Source of the DNA: Nostoc sp.
GTDB lineage: Bacteria; Cyanobacteriota; Cyanobacteriia; Cyanobacteriales; Nostocaceae
Reading direction: 5' to 3'
NCBI GenBank assembly: GCA_036918135.1
Contig: JBALDB010000053.1
Coordinates: 32,001 to 96,000, forward strand
Length of the DNA: 64,000 nt
Part shown: positions 41,315 to 52,014 of the stretch, in pieces
Position numbering within the stretch: position 1 is the first letter of the stretch
How the letters are laid out: each line of letters starts with the position of its first letter
The notes under the pieces: model-generated
The model's database searches: none
What the model was told of the DNA's origin: nothing
What the model saw: the letters and a program-made list of their open reading frames with translations, nothing else
Translations under genes and position numbers: made by a program

Positions 41315-41998
41315 ATGAAACTTATGCAACTGGTATCTTTGAGGAACGGTTTTTTGGCATTAACCTTTGCGGCGATCGCTTCAGCGAGTGGATTACTCAC
41401 AGCCTGTTCTAATGCTGCTTCTCAGAATCAAACCCAAGCCCCAAATGCAACTGCTACCAATGCTAGCGACAATCACATGAGTCACAGCATGGGAATGGAT
41501 TTAGGCCCAGCCGATGCTAATTTTGATTTACGGTTTATCGATGCGATGACACCACACCATCAAGGCGCTTTAGAAATGGCGAATGTTGCACAGCAAAAAT
41601 CTAAACGTCCTGAAATTAAAAAACTAGCAGACAATATCATCAAATCCCAAAACCAAGAAATTACTCAAATGAAGCAGTGGCGACAAGCTTGGTATCCGAG
41701 TGCAGGAACTAAACCAATGGCTTATGACAGTCAAATGGGTCACACTATGGAGATGTCATCCGACCAAATGAAAGCGATGATGATGAATCAAGACTTAGGT
41801 GCAGCTGATGCTAAATTTGATTCGCGTTTTATCAATGCGATGATTCCTCACCATGAAGGCGCTGTAAAAATGGCACAAGATGCCTTAACTAAGTCTAAGC
41901 GCCCTGAAATCAAGCAATTAGCCCAAGAAATTATCAAAGCACAAGATACAGAAATTAAACAAATGCAGCAATGGCGAAAAACTTGGTACAAGCAGTAA
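41315..41998 (+). CDS. DUF305 (CopM-like) His/Met-rich copper-binding lipoprotein
   Basis: Lipobox LTAC; duplicated FIxAMxPHHxGAxxMA...QxxEIxQMxQW. Confidence 0.9.
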   Translation: MKLMQLVSLRNGFLALTFAAIASASGLLTACSNAASQNQTQAPNATATNASDNHMSHSMGMDLGPADANFDLRFIDAMTPHHQGALEMANVAQQKSKRPEIKKLADNIIKSQNQEITQMKQWRQAWYPSAGTKPMAYDSQMGHTMEMSSDQMKAMMMNQDLGAADAKFDSRFINAMIPHHEGAVKMAQDALTKSKRPEIKQLAQEIIKAQDTEIKQMQQWRKTWYKQ

Positions 41999-42063
41999 TG
42001 GCATGAGGGAGGTGGGGAGATGAGAGAGAAAGTAATTCTTCTTTCCCCCATCCACCTATCCCT

Positions 42064-45000
42064 TCACTGCCCTGTCGGGTTTCCTTCTTCAACTGGACGA
42101 ATAATCGCAGCAGGTGGTGTGACTTCTGGTTGAAAAATTGCTTGTAATGCTTGTTCTAATGTTTGTGCCATCACAATCCGGTTTTCGTAAGCCACAACTA
42201 CTCGCACTAAAGTTGGCAAGCTGTTTTGTGTAGCTTCTAGATAAATTGGCTCGACGTAAAGTAGCGATTGCTCAATGGGAATTACTAATAAATTTCCCTG
42301 AATAGCTCTCGAACCTTGGCGATTCCATAAAGAAATTTGCTGGGAAATTACTGGGTCTTGGTTAATCCGTGCTTCAATTTGTTCCGGGCCGAAGATTAGT
42401 TTTTCTTTAGGAAAGATATATAACAATAACTTCCCGTAATTAACACTATCGGATCGCGCTGCTAACCAAGCGATTAAATTAGTCCGCTGTTTGGGAGTAT
42501 AGGGCAAAAGCAGGATAAATTCTTCAAAGGTTACAGTAGGTAGACCAGTAATCAAATAATACGGTTCTACCGGACGGGGTTCGCTGCCATAGATTTCGTT
42601 AGGAATCTGCCACTGGTCTTCCCGGTTGTAAAATACTTGGGGATCGGTCATGTGGTAGGTCATCAACCGCTGAGATTGAATTTTGAAGAAGTCCTCAGGA
42701 TAGCGGATATGATTGCGGAGGTTAACTGGCATGGCGCTGAGCGGTTTGAAGGTGTTGGGAAATATCTTCGACCAAGTCGCAATAATTGGATCGCTGCGAT
42801 CGGCAATATAAAAGTTAACGATGCCGTGGTAGGCATCAATCACTACCTTCACAGAGTTACGGATATAATTAATCCCGTCGCTACCAATGTCTGAGTAAGG
42901 ATAGCGATCGCTTGTCGTGTAGGCGTCCACAATCCAGTAAAGATAATTTTTCCCATTTGGGTAGTCTGGATTGGTATTGTTAAGATTTGCATTAGCAGTC
43001 ACCAGATAAGGGTCGCTGTCAAATTGCAAAAAAGGGGCGATCGCTTGAATTCTTTGCTTGATATTCCGCCGTAATAGCAGTTTTGTATCTGGTAAAAAGT
43101 CCTGCGTCAAGACCATCTGCCAATCTTTCAAATACATGGCAAATAGCCAGCGACGCCATCCTGAACCAATTTTAATCCCACCCCGTCCATCGTAAGAGTT
43201 GTAAACATTGTCACTACCGCTGGGGTAGTCCAATTCTCTAACTTTTGTACCAGTCATGACATAAGTATTAGTGATTTCACCGTAATAAATCCGGGGTTTT
43301 ACAATGGGAATACTTTCACGAATACCTTGACTGGAAGTTGTCAGGGCGCTACTATCACTGCTAATATCTTTGACAAAATATTCTGGTAGCCCACCCGGCG
43401 CGACTGTATTCACTGGGCTAACAGTAAACCCGAAACCGTGGGTATAAATTAGATGGCGGTTAACCCAGGTTTGAGCCTGCTGTGGTACGGCACCGTAGTC
43501 TAATTCTCGTGCAGCAATTAATACCTGACGCCGTTCTGCTGCTCTAACTAATTCCTGTTTCGGCGCTGCGGGGACAGATTCTCGGTCTGAACTTACCTCT
43601 GTTTTCAGAGTATAGCGATCGATATCCGCATCGGGAAACCGATAGTATGGTCGAATTTGTTGTAGCTGACGGTTAGTTTCTAGCAGTGGTCGCTCATCCC
43701 AAAGGCGGACATTGCGAATTGTTAAGTTATTTTTTTGAATATCAGCTTCAGTTAATGTTCCTTGGGGGTTGAAGATTCTAGCATCGATCGCTTCTAAATC
43801 GAATGCTTGACGAGTCAAGGCAATAGTACGCTGAATGTAGGGTTGCTCTGTTTGCAATTCATTTGGTTGGACAATTAAATATTGCACCACAGTCGGAAGA
43901 ACAACGTCAGCGGCTGGAACTAATATTAGATAAACGCCTAATCCGTAAACCACCAAACGGCGATACTGAGATTTAGGTTTCCAGAACAACGTTCGCCAAA
44001 GTAAGTAAAAGGCGATGCCAAGAGCCACAACGCCCAAGACAGTGTAAGCTGGCAACTGGGCTGTGACATCGGTATAGCTAGCACCATAACTGACTCCACG
44101 GGTAGAATAAACCAGTTCATAGCGACTTAACCAATAACTCAAACCTACTAAGAGCATCAACAAGCCACCTATAGCATATAAATGACGCTGCTGCTGGGGT
44201 GAAAAACCAGGGAAAATCCCCTGACTCAAACTCTCAGCCGATAGGAGATAAGTCAGGCTGACGGCGACAAAGCCATACAAAAATAATCCCATCAGCCAAA
44301 GTTCCAGCAGTTGCCAAAACGGTAAGGAAAATATGTAGAAGCTGATATCTTGACCAAATAAAGGCTCAGTATTGTTAAAAGTAGTAGGGTGGAAATATTC
44401 GAGTACTTTTGCCCAGTTTTGAAATAGTATCGACCCAAAAATGGTACTAAAGATAACTGCGATCGCTGTGAGTAAAAATCCTGGATAAATTAGAATAGCG
44501 ATCGCACCTCCCACAATTAAGCCGAGATACCAAATTTGAGAGACAATCTGCCTTAAGAGTTGCCAGATTTTTTGCGGTCGGAATAGGGCGGGAATCGGTA
44601 AGCTAGTGTTATCAATTGGAGAATGCCAGTAGGAAACAGCAATTTGCCCGTAGTGAGCCAGCATTAACCCTATCAACAAGCTGAATATCAAAGCTAGGGG
44701 CAACAACCACGGTAATTTTAATGGTTTTAAGGCTTGCGTCTCAGGTGTTAAGATTCGCTCCCGCCTAGAATAATCACGACTGAGAAAGTTTTTTGATTCA
44801 CTCTTAAGCTTAACTTCCTCAATCTTCAAAGACCGGGAATACTTTAGTCGTTGTGCTAAAGCTAGATTTATCAGTAGATAGGCGGCACTAACACTAGCTA
44901 CTACTACCCACAAAATACCACGAGTCACTAGTCGGACTAGAAATACTCGTAGGTAGCCCACTTCCTGAAACCAAAAAATTTCTGCTCCCAAGCGGGAAAC

Positions 45001-45066
45001 TAAATCCAGGAGTACCCAGAACCCCAGGAATACGATAAATACTCTAAAGCTCCATTTCCAGAACAT
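42064..45066 (-). CDS. UPF0182 family membrane protein
   Basis: [57 protein letters not shown]. Confidence 0.93.
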   Translation of the reverse strand: MFWKWSFRVFIVFLGFWVLLDLVSRLGAEIFWFQEVGYLRVFLVRLVTRGILWVVVASVSAAYLLINLALAQRLKYSRSLKIEEVKLKSESKNFLSRDYSRRERILTPETQALKPLKLPWLLPLALIFSLLIGLMLAHYGQIAVSYWHSPIDNTSLPIPALFRPQKIWQLLRQIVSQIWYLGLIVGGAIAILIYPGFLLTAIAVIFSTIFGSILFQNWAKVLEYFHPTTFNNTEPLFGQDISFYIFSLPFWQLLELWLMGLFLYGFVAVSLTYLLSAESLSQGIFPGFSPQQQRHLYAIGGLLMLLVGLSYWLSRYELVYSTRGVSYGASYTDVTAQLPAYTVLGVVALGIAFYLLWRTLFWKPKSQYRRLVVYGLGVYLILVPAADVVLPTVVQYLIVQPNELQTEQPYIQRTIALTRQAFDLEAIDARIFNPQGTLTEADIQKNNLTIRNVRLWDERPLLETNRQLQQIRPYYRFPDADIDRYTLKTEVSSDRESVPAAPKQELVRAAERRQVLIAARELDYGAVPQQAQTWVNRHLIYTHGFGFTVSPVNTVAPGGLPEYFVKDISSDSSALTTSSQGIRESIPIVKPRIYYGEITNTYVMTGTKVRELDYPSGSDNVYNSYDGRGGIKIGSGWRRWLFAMYLKDWQMVLTQDFLPDTKLLLRRNIKQRIQAIAPFLQFDSDPYLVTANANLNNTNPDYPNGKNYLYWIVDAYTTSDRYPYSDIGSDGINYIRNSVKVVIDAYHGIVNFYIADRSDPIIATWSKIFPNTFKPLSAMPVNLRNHIRYPEDFFKIQSQRLMTYHMTDPQVFYNREDQWQIPNEIYGSEPRPVEPYYLITGLPTVTFEEFILLLPYTPKQRTNLIAWLAARSDSVNYGKLLLYIFPKEKLIFGPEQIEARINQDPVISQQISLWNRQGSRAIQGNLLVIPIEQSLLYVEPIYLEATQNSLPTLVRVVVAYENRIVMAQTLEQALQAIFQPEVTPPAAIIRPVEEGNPTGQ

Positions 45067-45241
45067 TCCCTGGCAGCCAATCTAGTACTTTTTATAATTC
45101 TAGTCCTCACAAAAGACTATGAAGCAACAATCCCATCGGCTAAAGTCGGTGGGATTGTCAATACTTTGATTAAGTGGAGTTATTTTGCTGATAAAAGTAG
45201 CACAAGCACTTTGATTTCCGGCTGTAGCTATGCAGTTTTAT

Positions 45242-45931
45242 TTACTGAACGACGAATCCTTCAGGTCTGATGGCGTCTTCCAAATCAACTCCCATCAGGT
45301 TTACTCCCTGCATATTTGCGTTTGTGAGATTTGTGTCTTCTAAGTCTGCGTCCTGCAAGTTTGCCGCTTGGAGGTTAGCTCCCAATAAGTTAGCCTTCTC
45401 TAAGTCTGCATCAAACAGGTTTGCTCCCGCCAAATTTGCTCCGGCGATGTTTGCTTTGCCTAAATCTGCTCCTTGTAAATTTGCTCGTTGTAAGTTTGTT
45501 CGCTGTAAGTTCGCTCTTTCAAAATCTGCTTTTTGTAGGTTTGCACCTTCCAAGTTTGCCGCTTGCAGGTTTACATCCTTGAGAACTGCCCCAGTCAAGT
45601 TACACCCGACACATTCTTTGGTTGCTAGTAAACGTTTAACGTTTGCTGCTACAGACTCCACTGGTAACACAGTTGGAGATATTACGGGAGCTGGTTCTAA
45701 GATTGGCGATACAGTTGGAGGTATTACTGGATCTGGTTCCAAGATTGGCGATACAGTTGGAGGTATTACTGGATCTGGTTCTAAAGCTGGTTGGGATTGT
45801 TTGGGTATGAATGGTGTTAGTGTTTTAGCTTTAGCGCTGGGCTGGTCAACTAATAAAAATGCTACTACAAGTACTAGAAATACGGCAGTTAAGATCCGCT
45901 GAGTTAATTTTTTTAGATTTGGTTTATTCAT
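45242..45931 (-). CDS. Exported pentapeptide-repeat protein with 13-aa Pro-rich tandem repeats
   Basis: Signal peptide; LEPDPVIPPTVSP-type repeats; LLATKECVGCNL followed by A(N/D)Lxx repeats; RBS gagga before MNKP. Confidence 0.9.
   Translation of the reverse strand: MNKPNLKKLTQRILTAVFLVLVVAFLLVDQPSAKAKTLTPFIPKQSQPALEPDPVIPPTVSPILEPDPVIPPTVSPILEPAPVISPTVLPVESVAANVKRLLATKECVGCNLTGAVLKDVNLQAANLEGANLQKADFERANLQRTNLQRANLQGADLGKANIAGANLAGANLFDADLEKANLLGANLQAANLQDADLEDTNLTNANMQGVNLMGVDLEDAIRPEGFVVQ
45670..45785. repeat. 39-bp coding tandem repeat, about 3 copies
   Basis: gattggcgatacagttggaggtattactggatctggttc repeated. Confidence 0.85.
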
Positions 45932-46235
45932 TAGTTCCTCTCTATTGTCATTTGCAGTGATGGACTTACTTTTGTATGAGCTACCAATAATGTGCTTGAT
46001 TTTCACTTTAAATAAGCTGATTGATAAGAGCAAATATTATTTTTATTCAAAATAATAAATACAGGTGATGAAGAAATTTTTACAGATGGGAAACTAGAGG
46101 CTGATTTTTTGAGCAAATCAGCTACATGATACCCATCAAGAGTTTTGAGTAGCTAATTGCACAGATGCATGGCGGCGAATCAAAAAATATAGTATCCCAA
46201 GGTAGGAAGTAAAGCATGAGGCGATCGCGTTATGC

Positions 46236-46913
46236 CTAATGGGAAAGCATTGCCAAACTCGGTAAAAGCCGATATGTTTCACTTTTAATCAAGATAGACA
46301 GTCCCAAGTAAATTAAGATAAAGGGGAAGATTTTTCGACCATAGCGAGTTAAAACTGGTGTCATCAGAGGATTACGAGTGAGGTTGTAAGAGAGTAAGCA
46401 CCACGCTCCAATAGCCAAATAGCAAACACACACAATTACACTCAAACTTGGAAGATTGCTAGTAGCAAACAACGGTACATAGATCCCAATGTTATTTCCG
46501 CCATTGGCAATTGTCACAGCCGAAACACGATAAGTTTGGGGATCGCGGATGATTGCCAATAGTGATTTCTTCTGACGCCCAGATTTGTTCAAAGAGGTCA
46601 ACACTGACACAGCTTGCACTGTCTCTGGTTCGTCTTCTCGACTGATGAAATTACTGATACCAATGGCGATGGGAAGCAAACCTAGCAATCCAATCCAAGT
46701 ACTTGGAATCACCAGACCACCGAAGAAACCAGGGAGACTAGCGCATACTAATGTAGTAAATCCTAAAAATTCACCGATAACAACATGCTTGGGACGAAAG
46801 GTGCGATTGACTTTTCCAAAAAAAGCCGTCAAATATAAATTATCGTCAAAGGTGGTTGCAAAAGCGACAGAGACCCCAATAATTACCGTACTAATTAGCC
46901 AACTCATGGTCAT
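46236..46913 (-). CDS. CadD-family (cadmium resistance) transporter
   Basis: FATTFDD, IGEFLGF, LLGLLPIAIGI, VTIANGGNNIGIYVPLF. Confidence 0.88.
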   Translation of the reverse strand: MTMSWLISTVIIGVSVAFATTFDDNLYLTAFFGKVNRTFRPKHVVIGEFLGFTTLVCASLPGFFGGLVIPSTWIGLLGLLPIAIGISNFISREDEPETVQAVSVLTSLNKSGRQKKSLLAIIRDPQTYRVSAVTIANGGNNIGIYVPLFATSNLPSLSVIVCVCYLAIGAWCLLSYNLTRNPLMTPVLTRYGRKIFPFILIYLGLSILIKSETYRLLPSLAMLSH

Positions 46914-47471
46914 TACTCACAATGATTCAATGCTCTTTGCTCGAAGTCCTTCTCTGCTTCTCGATCTGATGGCAGTTCAGGAGATGTTGTGATTGTTTTG
47001 CCTAGCGACAATTAATCGAAGTTCGCTTGGCATTAGTCAATTCCCCAATTTTGAGAATTTTGGAGAGTGATGCCTACGGTAGTAAACTACGCCTCCAATT
47101 AAATTCGCATCAAATTGGTAATTTTTTTCTCAGCAAGGTACCCTGGGAGTTCATGGTGTCAATATTATGGCTTTTAACCGAATAAGAGCAAATACTCTTG
47201 TTTTTTAAAATGATAAATTAAAGTGATTAATAGTTTGACCTTACTCAGTAGTGAGTCGTGACTCACCAAAGTTCAAATCTCAGCCAACCCAGAATTTAGG
47301 CACTCCAAATTTAATTAATAATTATGAATTAAATTCAAAATGGTTTTCGTTAAATGCTAAGTAAATTTCTGTCACTCAAGTCTGAAATCTTCTTGGCAAC
47401 TAGCAATCGACATCGGTTAATATAACTAATCGCGCTCTGACTTTACAGTAAATCCGGTTGCAAATGCGTTG

Positions 47472-47499
47472 GTAGGGGCATACAGTTGTACGCCCCTAC
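47472..47499. repeat. REP-like hairpin
   Basis: gtaggggc-atacagttgtac-gcccctac, starting with GTAG. Confidence 0.65.
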
Positions 47500-47537
47500 G
47501 TGGTATTAGTAACGTTTAATTTTTTGAACTTGTAATT

Positions 47538-47972
47538 ATGCTAACTAGTGTTGACCGTTTATTATTTGTCCGGCGAGTCCCAATTTTTAAGGAATTGCGG
47601 GATGATTTTATTGTACGGCTGACTTCAGTAATGAACGAACTATCGTTTCCAGCTAATTACACGATTTTTAGGCAAGGAGAAGAAGGGCGATCGCTCTACA
47701 TTGTCGTCTCAGGCCGAGTCAAAGTTCACATAGGTAATAAAAAGCTAGCAGAGGTAGAACAGGGAAAATATTTTGGGGAGATGGCAGTATTTGATACTCA
47801 ACCTCGTTCCGCCACCGCAACCACTTTAGAACCTTGTGAATTTTTAGAACTGACCCAAGAGCAATTGTATGATGCCATTGAAGAAACTCCAGATATTGCA
47901 GTGAATATCATTCGTGAGTTATCGCGGTTGATTCGCAAGCTGAATGAGAATGTTGATGTTAACGCTTCATGA
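47538..47972 (+). CDS. Stand-alone cyclic-nucleotide-binding domain protein
   Basis: IFRQGEEG.SLYIVVSGRV, YFGEMA, PRSAT. Confidence 0.9.
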   Translation: MLTSVDRLLFVRRVPIFKELRDDFIVRLTSVMNELSFPANYTIFRQGEEGRSLYIVVSGRVKVHIGNKKLAEVEQGKYFGEMAVFDTQPRSATATTLEPCEFLELTQEQLYDAIEETPDIAVNIIRELSRLIRKLNENVDVNAS

Positions 47973-48207
47973 ACTTTACTTAATCTAAAATAAAAATATT
48001 TCTTCTAACTGATTCAGACATTTTCTAAATCATTATTAAGCCATTTTGTATAATTAAAAAGCTAAAAAAGCATAAAGTAAATATATATACTTAGAAAATT
48101 GCCTTGAGTTTGTTCACAATCAAGAATAAATTTCATTATAAAAACTGTTTCTTCATTTGAGCGCAAATGTTATTTTTAATACATAAAATATTATATATTT
48201 CAAACAG

Positions 48208-48648
48208 ATGACGGCTTTATTTGAGATTTGTTCTAAACAAGATTACAGTATTGCTCAATTTCATGTTGAGAAATGTTATCTTAACGGTTGGATCGATATC
48301 CTCTTGTCTGTAGTAAATATTGACACTCCAAATGGAGAATTATCAACTCTTAATTTTAATCTATCTGAGGATAAATCTTTTTATTCTATAAGGTATTTAA
48401 ATGATTTTGATACTTGTTGGTATCTTTTAAAGTTATTTAAAAGTGAGCAAAATCAGCCTACAATTAAAACTAGCATACCTTTTGATGAATGCCAGACAGA
48501 GGAGAAAGATTATGAACTAGCTGGTTTTAGTTCACAAGAAGAATATGAAGAGTATATGGCAGTTTCAGAATTTATTGACTCAGATGATTTTTTATCTATT
48601 GGCTATTCTCATGTAAGCTATGAACAATATGTTTCTGCTTATGAATAA
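48208..48648 (+). CDS. Hypothetical acidic protein in an AT-rich patch
   Basis: 146-aa ATG-started ORF with no recognised motif. Confidence 0.5.
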   Translation: MTALFEICSKQDYSIAQFHVEKCYLNGWIDILLSVVNIDTPNGELSTLNFNLSEDKSFYSIRYLNDFDTCWYLLKLFKSEQNQPTIKTSIPFDECQTEEKDYELAGFSSQEEYEEYMAVSEFIDSDDFLSIGYSHVSYEQYVSAYE

Positions 48649-48861
48649 TAAAAACTTTTAACTCTCATCTAAAAAGTTATTTTAAAAACGTAATTTTTTA
48701 CTTACCTCAGCTACTATAAATCATGGCTACATAGACAAAAGCCATCTTCGTACGTTAAAAAGTCTTGATTTTTATGCTTTCCGCATAAAGTAAAGAAAGT
48801 TTGTGTAATAGCGAATTATATTGACCTAATAATTTTGAAACATCCTTTAAGACTTAACTTT

Positions 48862-50322
48862 CTAACTTCTACATTGCTGAATAAACCGTTGTGGCATGTC
48901 TACACTTTCTCCCCAATGCAAATGAACATAAGAAGCATAAACGTTTGTAGGCAAACCCCATCCCTCGCATCCCATATTTTCCTCACAATCGTAGCGAGAA
49001 GTGTCAAATAGGGGCTGACTGGGAGTTGAGGTTAAACAGGAACGATGAAACTCATGTCCATAAATAGTTTTACCCGCCTTCACCAACAGATTATCTTGCA
49101 AAGCTACAGCACGACGATATCCTAAAGTTAAACGTCCACCCATTTGAGCAGACGTTGGTAAAACTCCCACCATCGACCAAGATTTAGCTTCAAAATCGAT
49201 AATTTGCTCGCACAAATACATTAATCCACCACATTCGGCAATTGTGGGTATTCCTTTGAGAATTGCTGTTTTCACCGCATCACGGGCGGTGATATTTTCT
49301 GCTAATTGCTGAGCAAAAACTTCTGGAAAACCACCCCCAAAATACATCCCTTGGACATCTTTTGGTAGTTCAGCATCTACTAGAGGACTCCAGTAAACTA
49401 GTTCTGCACCAAGTTGTTGCAGCAAATCGAGATTGTCTTGGTAGTAGAAATTAAAAGCGCGATCGCGGGCAATGGCAATTCGGACTGGGGAGTAGGGAGT
49501 AGGGAGATGAGGAGATGGCGAGATGGCGAGAGGTTTTGATTTTAACAAGGGTAATAAGCTGTGCCAATCGAAGCAGGTATCTCCTAAATCGGCGAGGCGA
49601 TTGATGACAGCATCGAGTTCGGGAAGTTCGGCGGTGGGTACTAAACCCAAATGGCGATCGGGAATTATGATATTATCTTGACGCCGCAGCACACCGAGAA
49701 TCGGTAATTGTAGGGGTTCTAGGGAGTCTTTGAGCAGAGACAGATGGCGATCGCTCCCTACTCGATTTAAAACTACCCCAGCCATTTTAATTCGGGGATC
49801 GAAAGATTTATAGCCGTGAGCGATCGCGGCTACAGAACCAGACAAACGGCTACAATCAATTACCAACACCACAGGTAAATCTAATAGTCGCGCGATGTGT
49901 GCCGTACTGGCAAAATCAGTAATTTGTCCTTTGTCATTTGTCCTTTGTCCTCTCTTACAAAGTTCTGATTCAAGGAAGCCTTGGCTCAGACTTTGCGCTT
50001 TGTCTTTTGCAATTGACCAATGACCAATGACCAATGACGAAACTCCATCAAATAGCCCCATTACCCCTTCCACTAGGGCATATTCACTTAATTGACTATG
50101 ACGGGCAAAACATTGCTGAACGTAGGCTTCAGAAGTTAGTACTGGATCTAAATTTCGACAAGGACGATTAGTTACATGTTGATGAAACATGGGGTCGATG
50201 TAATCTGGCCCGACCTTGAAAGATTGCACGGGGCGATCGCGACGACATAAAGATGCTAAAAGGGCGAGCGTAACTGTTGTCTTGCCCACCCCACTACGTT
50301 CTCCAGCAATGATTACAGACAT
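48862..50322 (-). CDS. cobB: Cobyrinate a,c-diamide synthase
   Basis: SGVGKTT, FKVGPDYIDP, EGVMGLFDG, RHLGL, AFNFYY, AECGGLMYL, GHEFH; carries in-frame repeat insertions. Confidence 0.95.
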   Translation of the reverse strand: MSVIIAGERSGVGKTTVTLALLASLCRRDRPVQSFKVGPDYIDPMFHQHVTNRPCRNLDPVLTSEAYVQQCFARHSQLSEYALVEGVMGLFDGVSSLVIGHWSIAKDKAQSLSQGFLESELCKRGQRTNDKGQITDFASTAHIARLLDLPVVLVIDCSRLSGSVAAIAHGYKSFDPRIKMAGVVLNRVGSDRHLSLLKDSLEPLQLPILGVLRRQDNIIIPDRHLGLVPTAELPELDAVINRLADLGDTCFDWHSLLPLLKSKPLAISPSPHLPTPYSPVRIAIARDRAFNFYYQDNLDLLQQLGAELVYWSPLVDAELPKDVQGMYFGGGFPEVFAQQLAENITARDAVKTAILKGIPTIAECGGLMYLCEQIIDFEAKSWSMVGVLPTSAQMGGRLTLGYRRAVALQDNLLVKAGKTIYGHEFHRSCLTSTPSQPLFDTSRYDCEENMGCEGWGLPTNVYASYVHLHWGESVDMPQRFIQQCRS

Positions 50323-50488
50323 AAAAAAGTTACGAGTTAGGAGTTATGAATTATAACTCCTAACTGTTGTACAGACGCGATTAACCCTTGTCTGTACTTT
50401 CAAGAAACAAGGCACAAGGGAAGAGGGTTTGACTTGTTTATTTCATTCGTAGCGGGTGGTGTGCCGCTTGTGCGCCTGCTCCTAACTT

Positions 50489-51853
50489 TTAACTCTCAAT
50501 TTTAAAAGTTTTCGCGATCACTCCGAGACTTTCTTCAAAAAGTGACTCCCGACCCCAGCGTTGCACCTGCTGACTCAGCAATGCTTCCGCCTTTTGTTCC
50601 GAAAGTGAACTCACTTGTTGAAATAGACCTGCGGCTTGGGCACCACCGTGTGTTTCCATCCGCATACAACCACCTGTTTCTGAGCAGATGACTGTACCGC
50701 AATCTGCTTGGGGATTTGTAGAACTCAGGCGGATGGCAATCAAGTCACCAATAATCTCACCAATATCGGCAACAGGAACTCCGCCTAACTCGGCTTCTAC
50801 TTGTCGCTGCTCGTGGGCAACAAAGCGAATTTTAGTAATGTCGTAATCTCCACTTTCCTTTTGATAGGAAACTGGCAGCCATCCTAGCCGACTTGCCAGC
50901 CAACCCAAAAACAGCAATGCCTGTGCTGGGTTGCCTTTTTCGTAATCAATTGTTACTTTGTCAATTTCCTTGAGAGCCGCGCAACGGTGGGGTGCGTCGT
51001 AGGCTTCAGCTGTTAATTCCTGCCATGCCGAAAGGCGACGCCAGTTCAAGTCAGCTAGGGGAACACCACTTTCCACCAACTCTTCAAGGCGAAGTAAATC
51101 ACTTTCTGGCTCATTAAAGCGGCAAGAATCTACAATCACATTATTGCAGACTGCCGCCAACCGCTTGAATAAAGTGTTGTTGGGGTCTGGTGTTGCCTTC
51201 CACCAAAGAAATTTGGGCAAGCCACCAATCAACAATGCTGGAATCATCCCGCCTATGCGTTCCAAAGCGGCAGCAGTACCGCTGAGAGTTATATATTCGC
51301 AGCAGATGAGTGTACTTGAGGATTGCTTTTGGATCGGGCAATAAGCAGAAACTTGAGCCTTGACCCCTTCATCTTCTCCAGTAATGGGAAACAGGGCAAT
51401 AATCCGGCAGGGGTTACGCAGAGCAATTTCATCGGCTATCCTGGGACTTGGAGCATTTAAGTTATAGGAAGAACTATTATCTCCGTTAGCCGCATTTCCT
51501 TGACGTTTGGTGAATTCTTCCCGTAATATAGCCAGGGTTTCAGGTGTTGCACTTCCAGTTTGTGGCAGTGCATATTTTCTCTGTACTTGCCGCAGGGCAG
51601 CCTCCATCTGAGGCCCTAAAATCCCGTCCAACGGCCCATTATAAAATCCTAAAGTAGCCAAAAGATATTGGGTTTCTTCTGGTTCGTAAACTACTAAAGT
51701 AAATGTCGTGGCGCGAGTAGCAGCAGGAAGCCCACCATCTTCGCCGGTAATGCCGTAACTTTGCCAGATTTGATGCAATTCCGCTTCTATTTCTGTAAGC
51801 GAAATATCTTTAGGTGTCTGGAGTGAAAAAATTGTAGAAGCTTGGGGAGCCAT
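50489..51853 (-). CDS. opcA: G6PDH assembly/activator protein OpcA
   Basis: NPCRII, AYCPI, ICCEYITL, DLNWRRL..WQE; downstream of zwf. Confidence 0.95.
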   Translation of the reverse strand: MAPQASTIFSLQTPKDISLTEIEAELHQIWQSYGITGEDGGLPAATRATTFTLVVYEPEETQYLLATLGFYNGPLDGILGPQMEAALRQVQRKYALPQTGSATPETLAILREEFTKRQGNAANGDNSSSYNLNAPSPRIADEIALRNPCRIIALFPITGEDEGVKAQVSAYCPIQKQSSSTLICCEYITLSGTAAALERIGGMIPALLIGGLPKFLWWKATPDPNNTLFKRLAAVCNNVIVDSCRFNEPESDLLRLEELVESGVPLADLNWRRLSAWQELTAEAYDAPHRCAALKEIDKVTIDYEKGNPAQALLFLGWLASRLGWLPVSYQKESGDYDITKIRFVAHEQRQVEAELGGVPVADIGEIIGDLIAIRLSSTNPQADCGTVICSETGGCMRMETHGGAQAAGLFQQVSSLSEQKAEALLSQQVQRWGRESLFEESLGVIAKTFKIES

Positions 51854-52014
51854 AGTAGTTTTGAGTTGTCAGCTTTGTTTGTTGAATAAGTTAGAAGTTA
51901 GGAGTTGGGAGTTAAAATTAGGAGTTAGAAGAACTGAAATTCTTAACTGAAGAACTCATAATTTATTATTCATTACTCATAAATTATTACTCCTAACTCT
52001 TAACTCCTAAGTTT

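Noticed and set aside
45270..45902. 210-aa plus-strand ORF
   Set aside because: Antisense shadow of the pentapeptide-repeat gene
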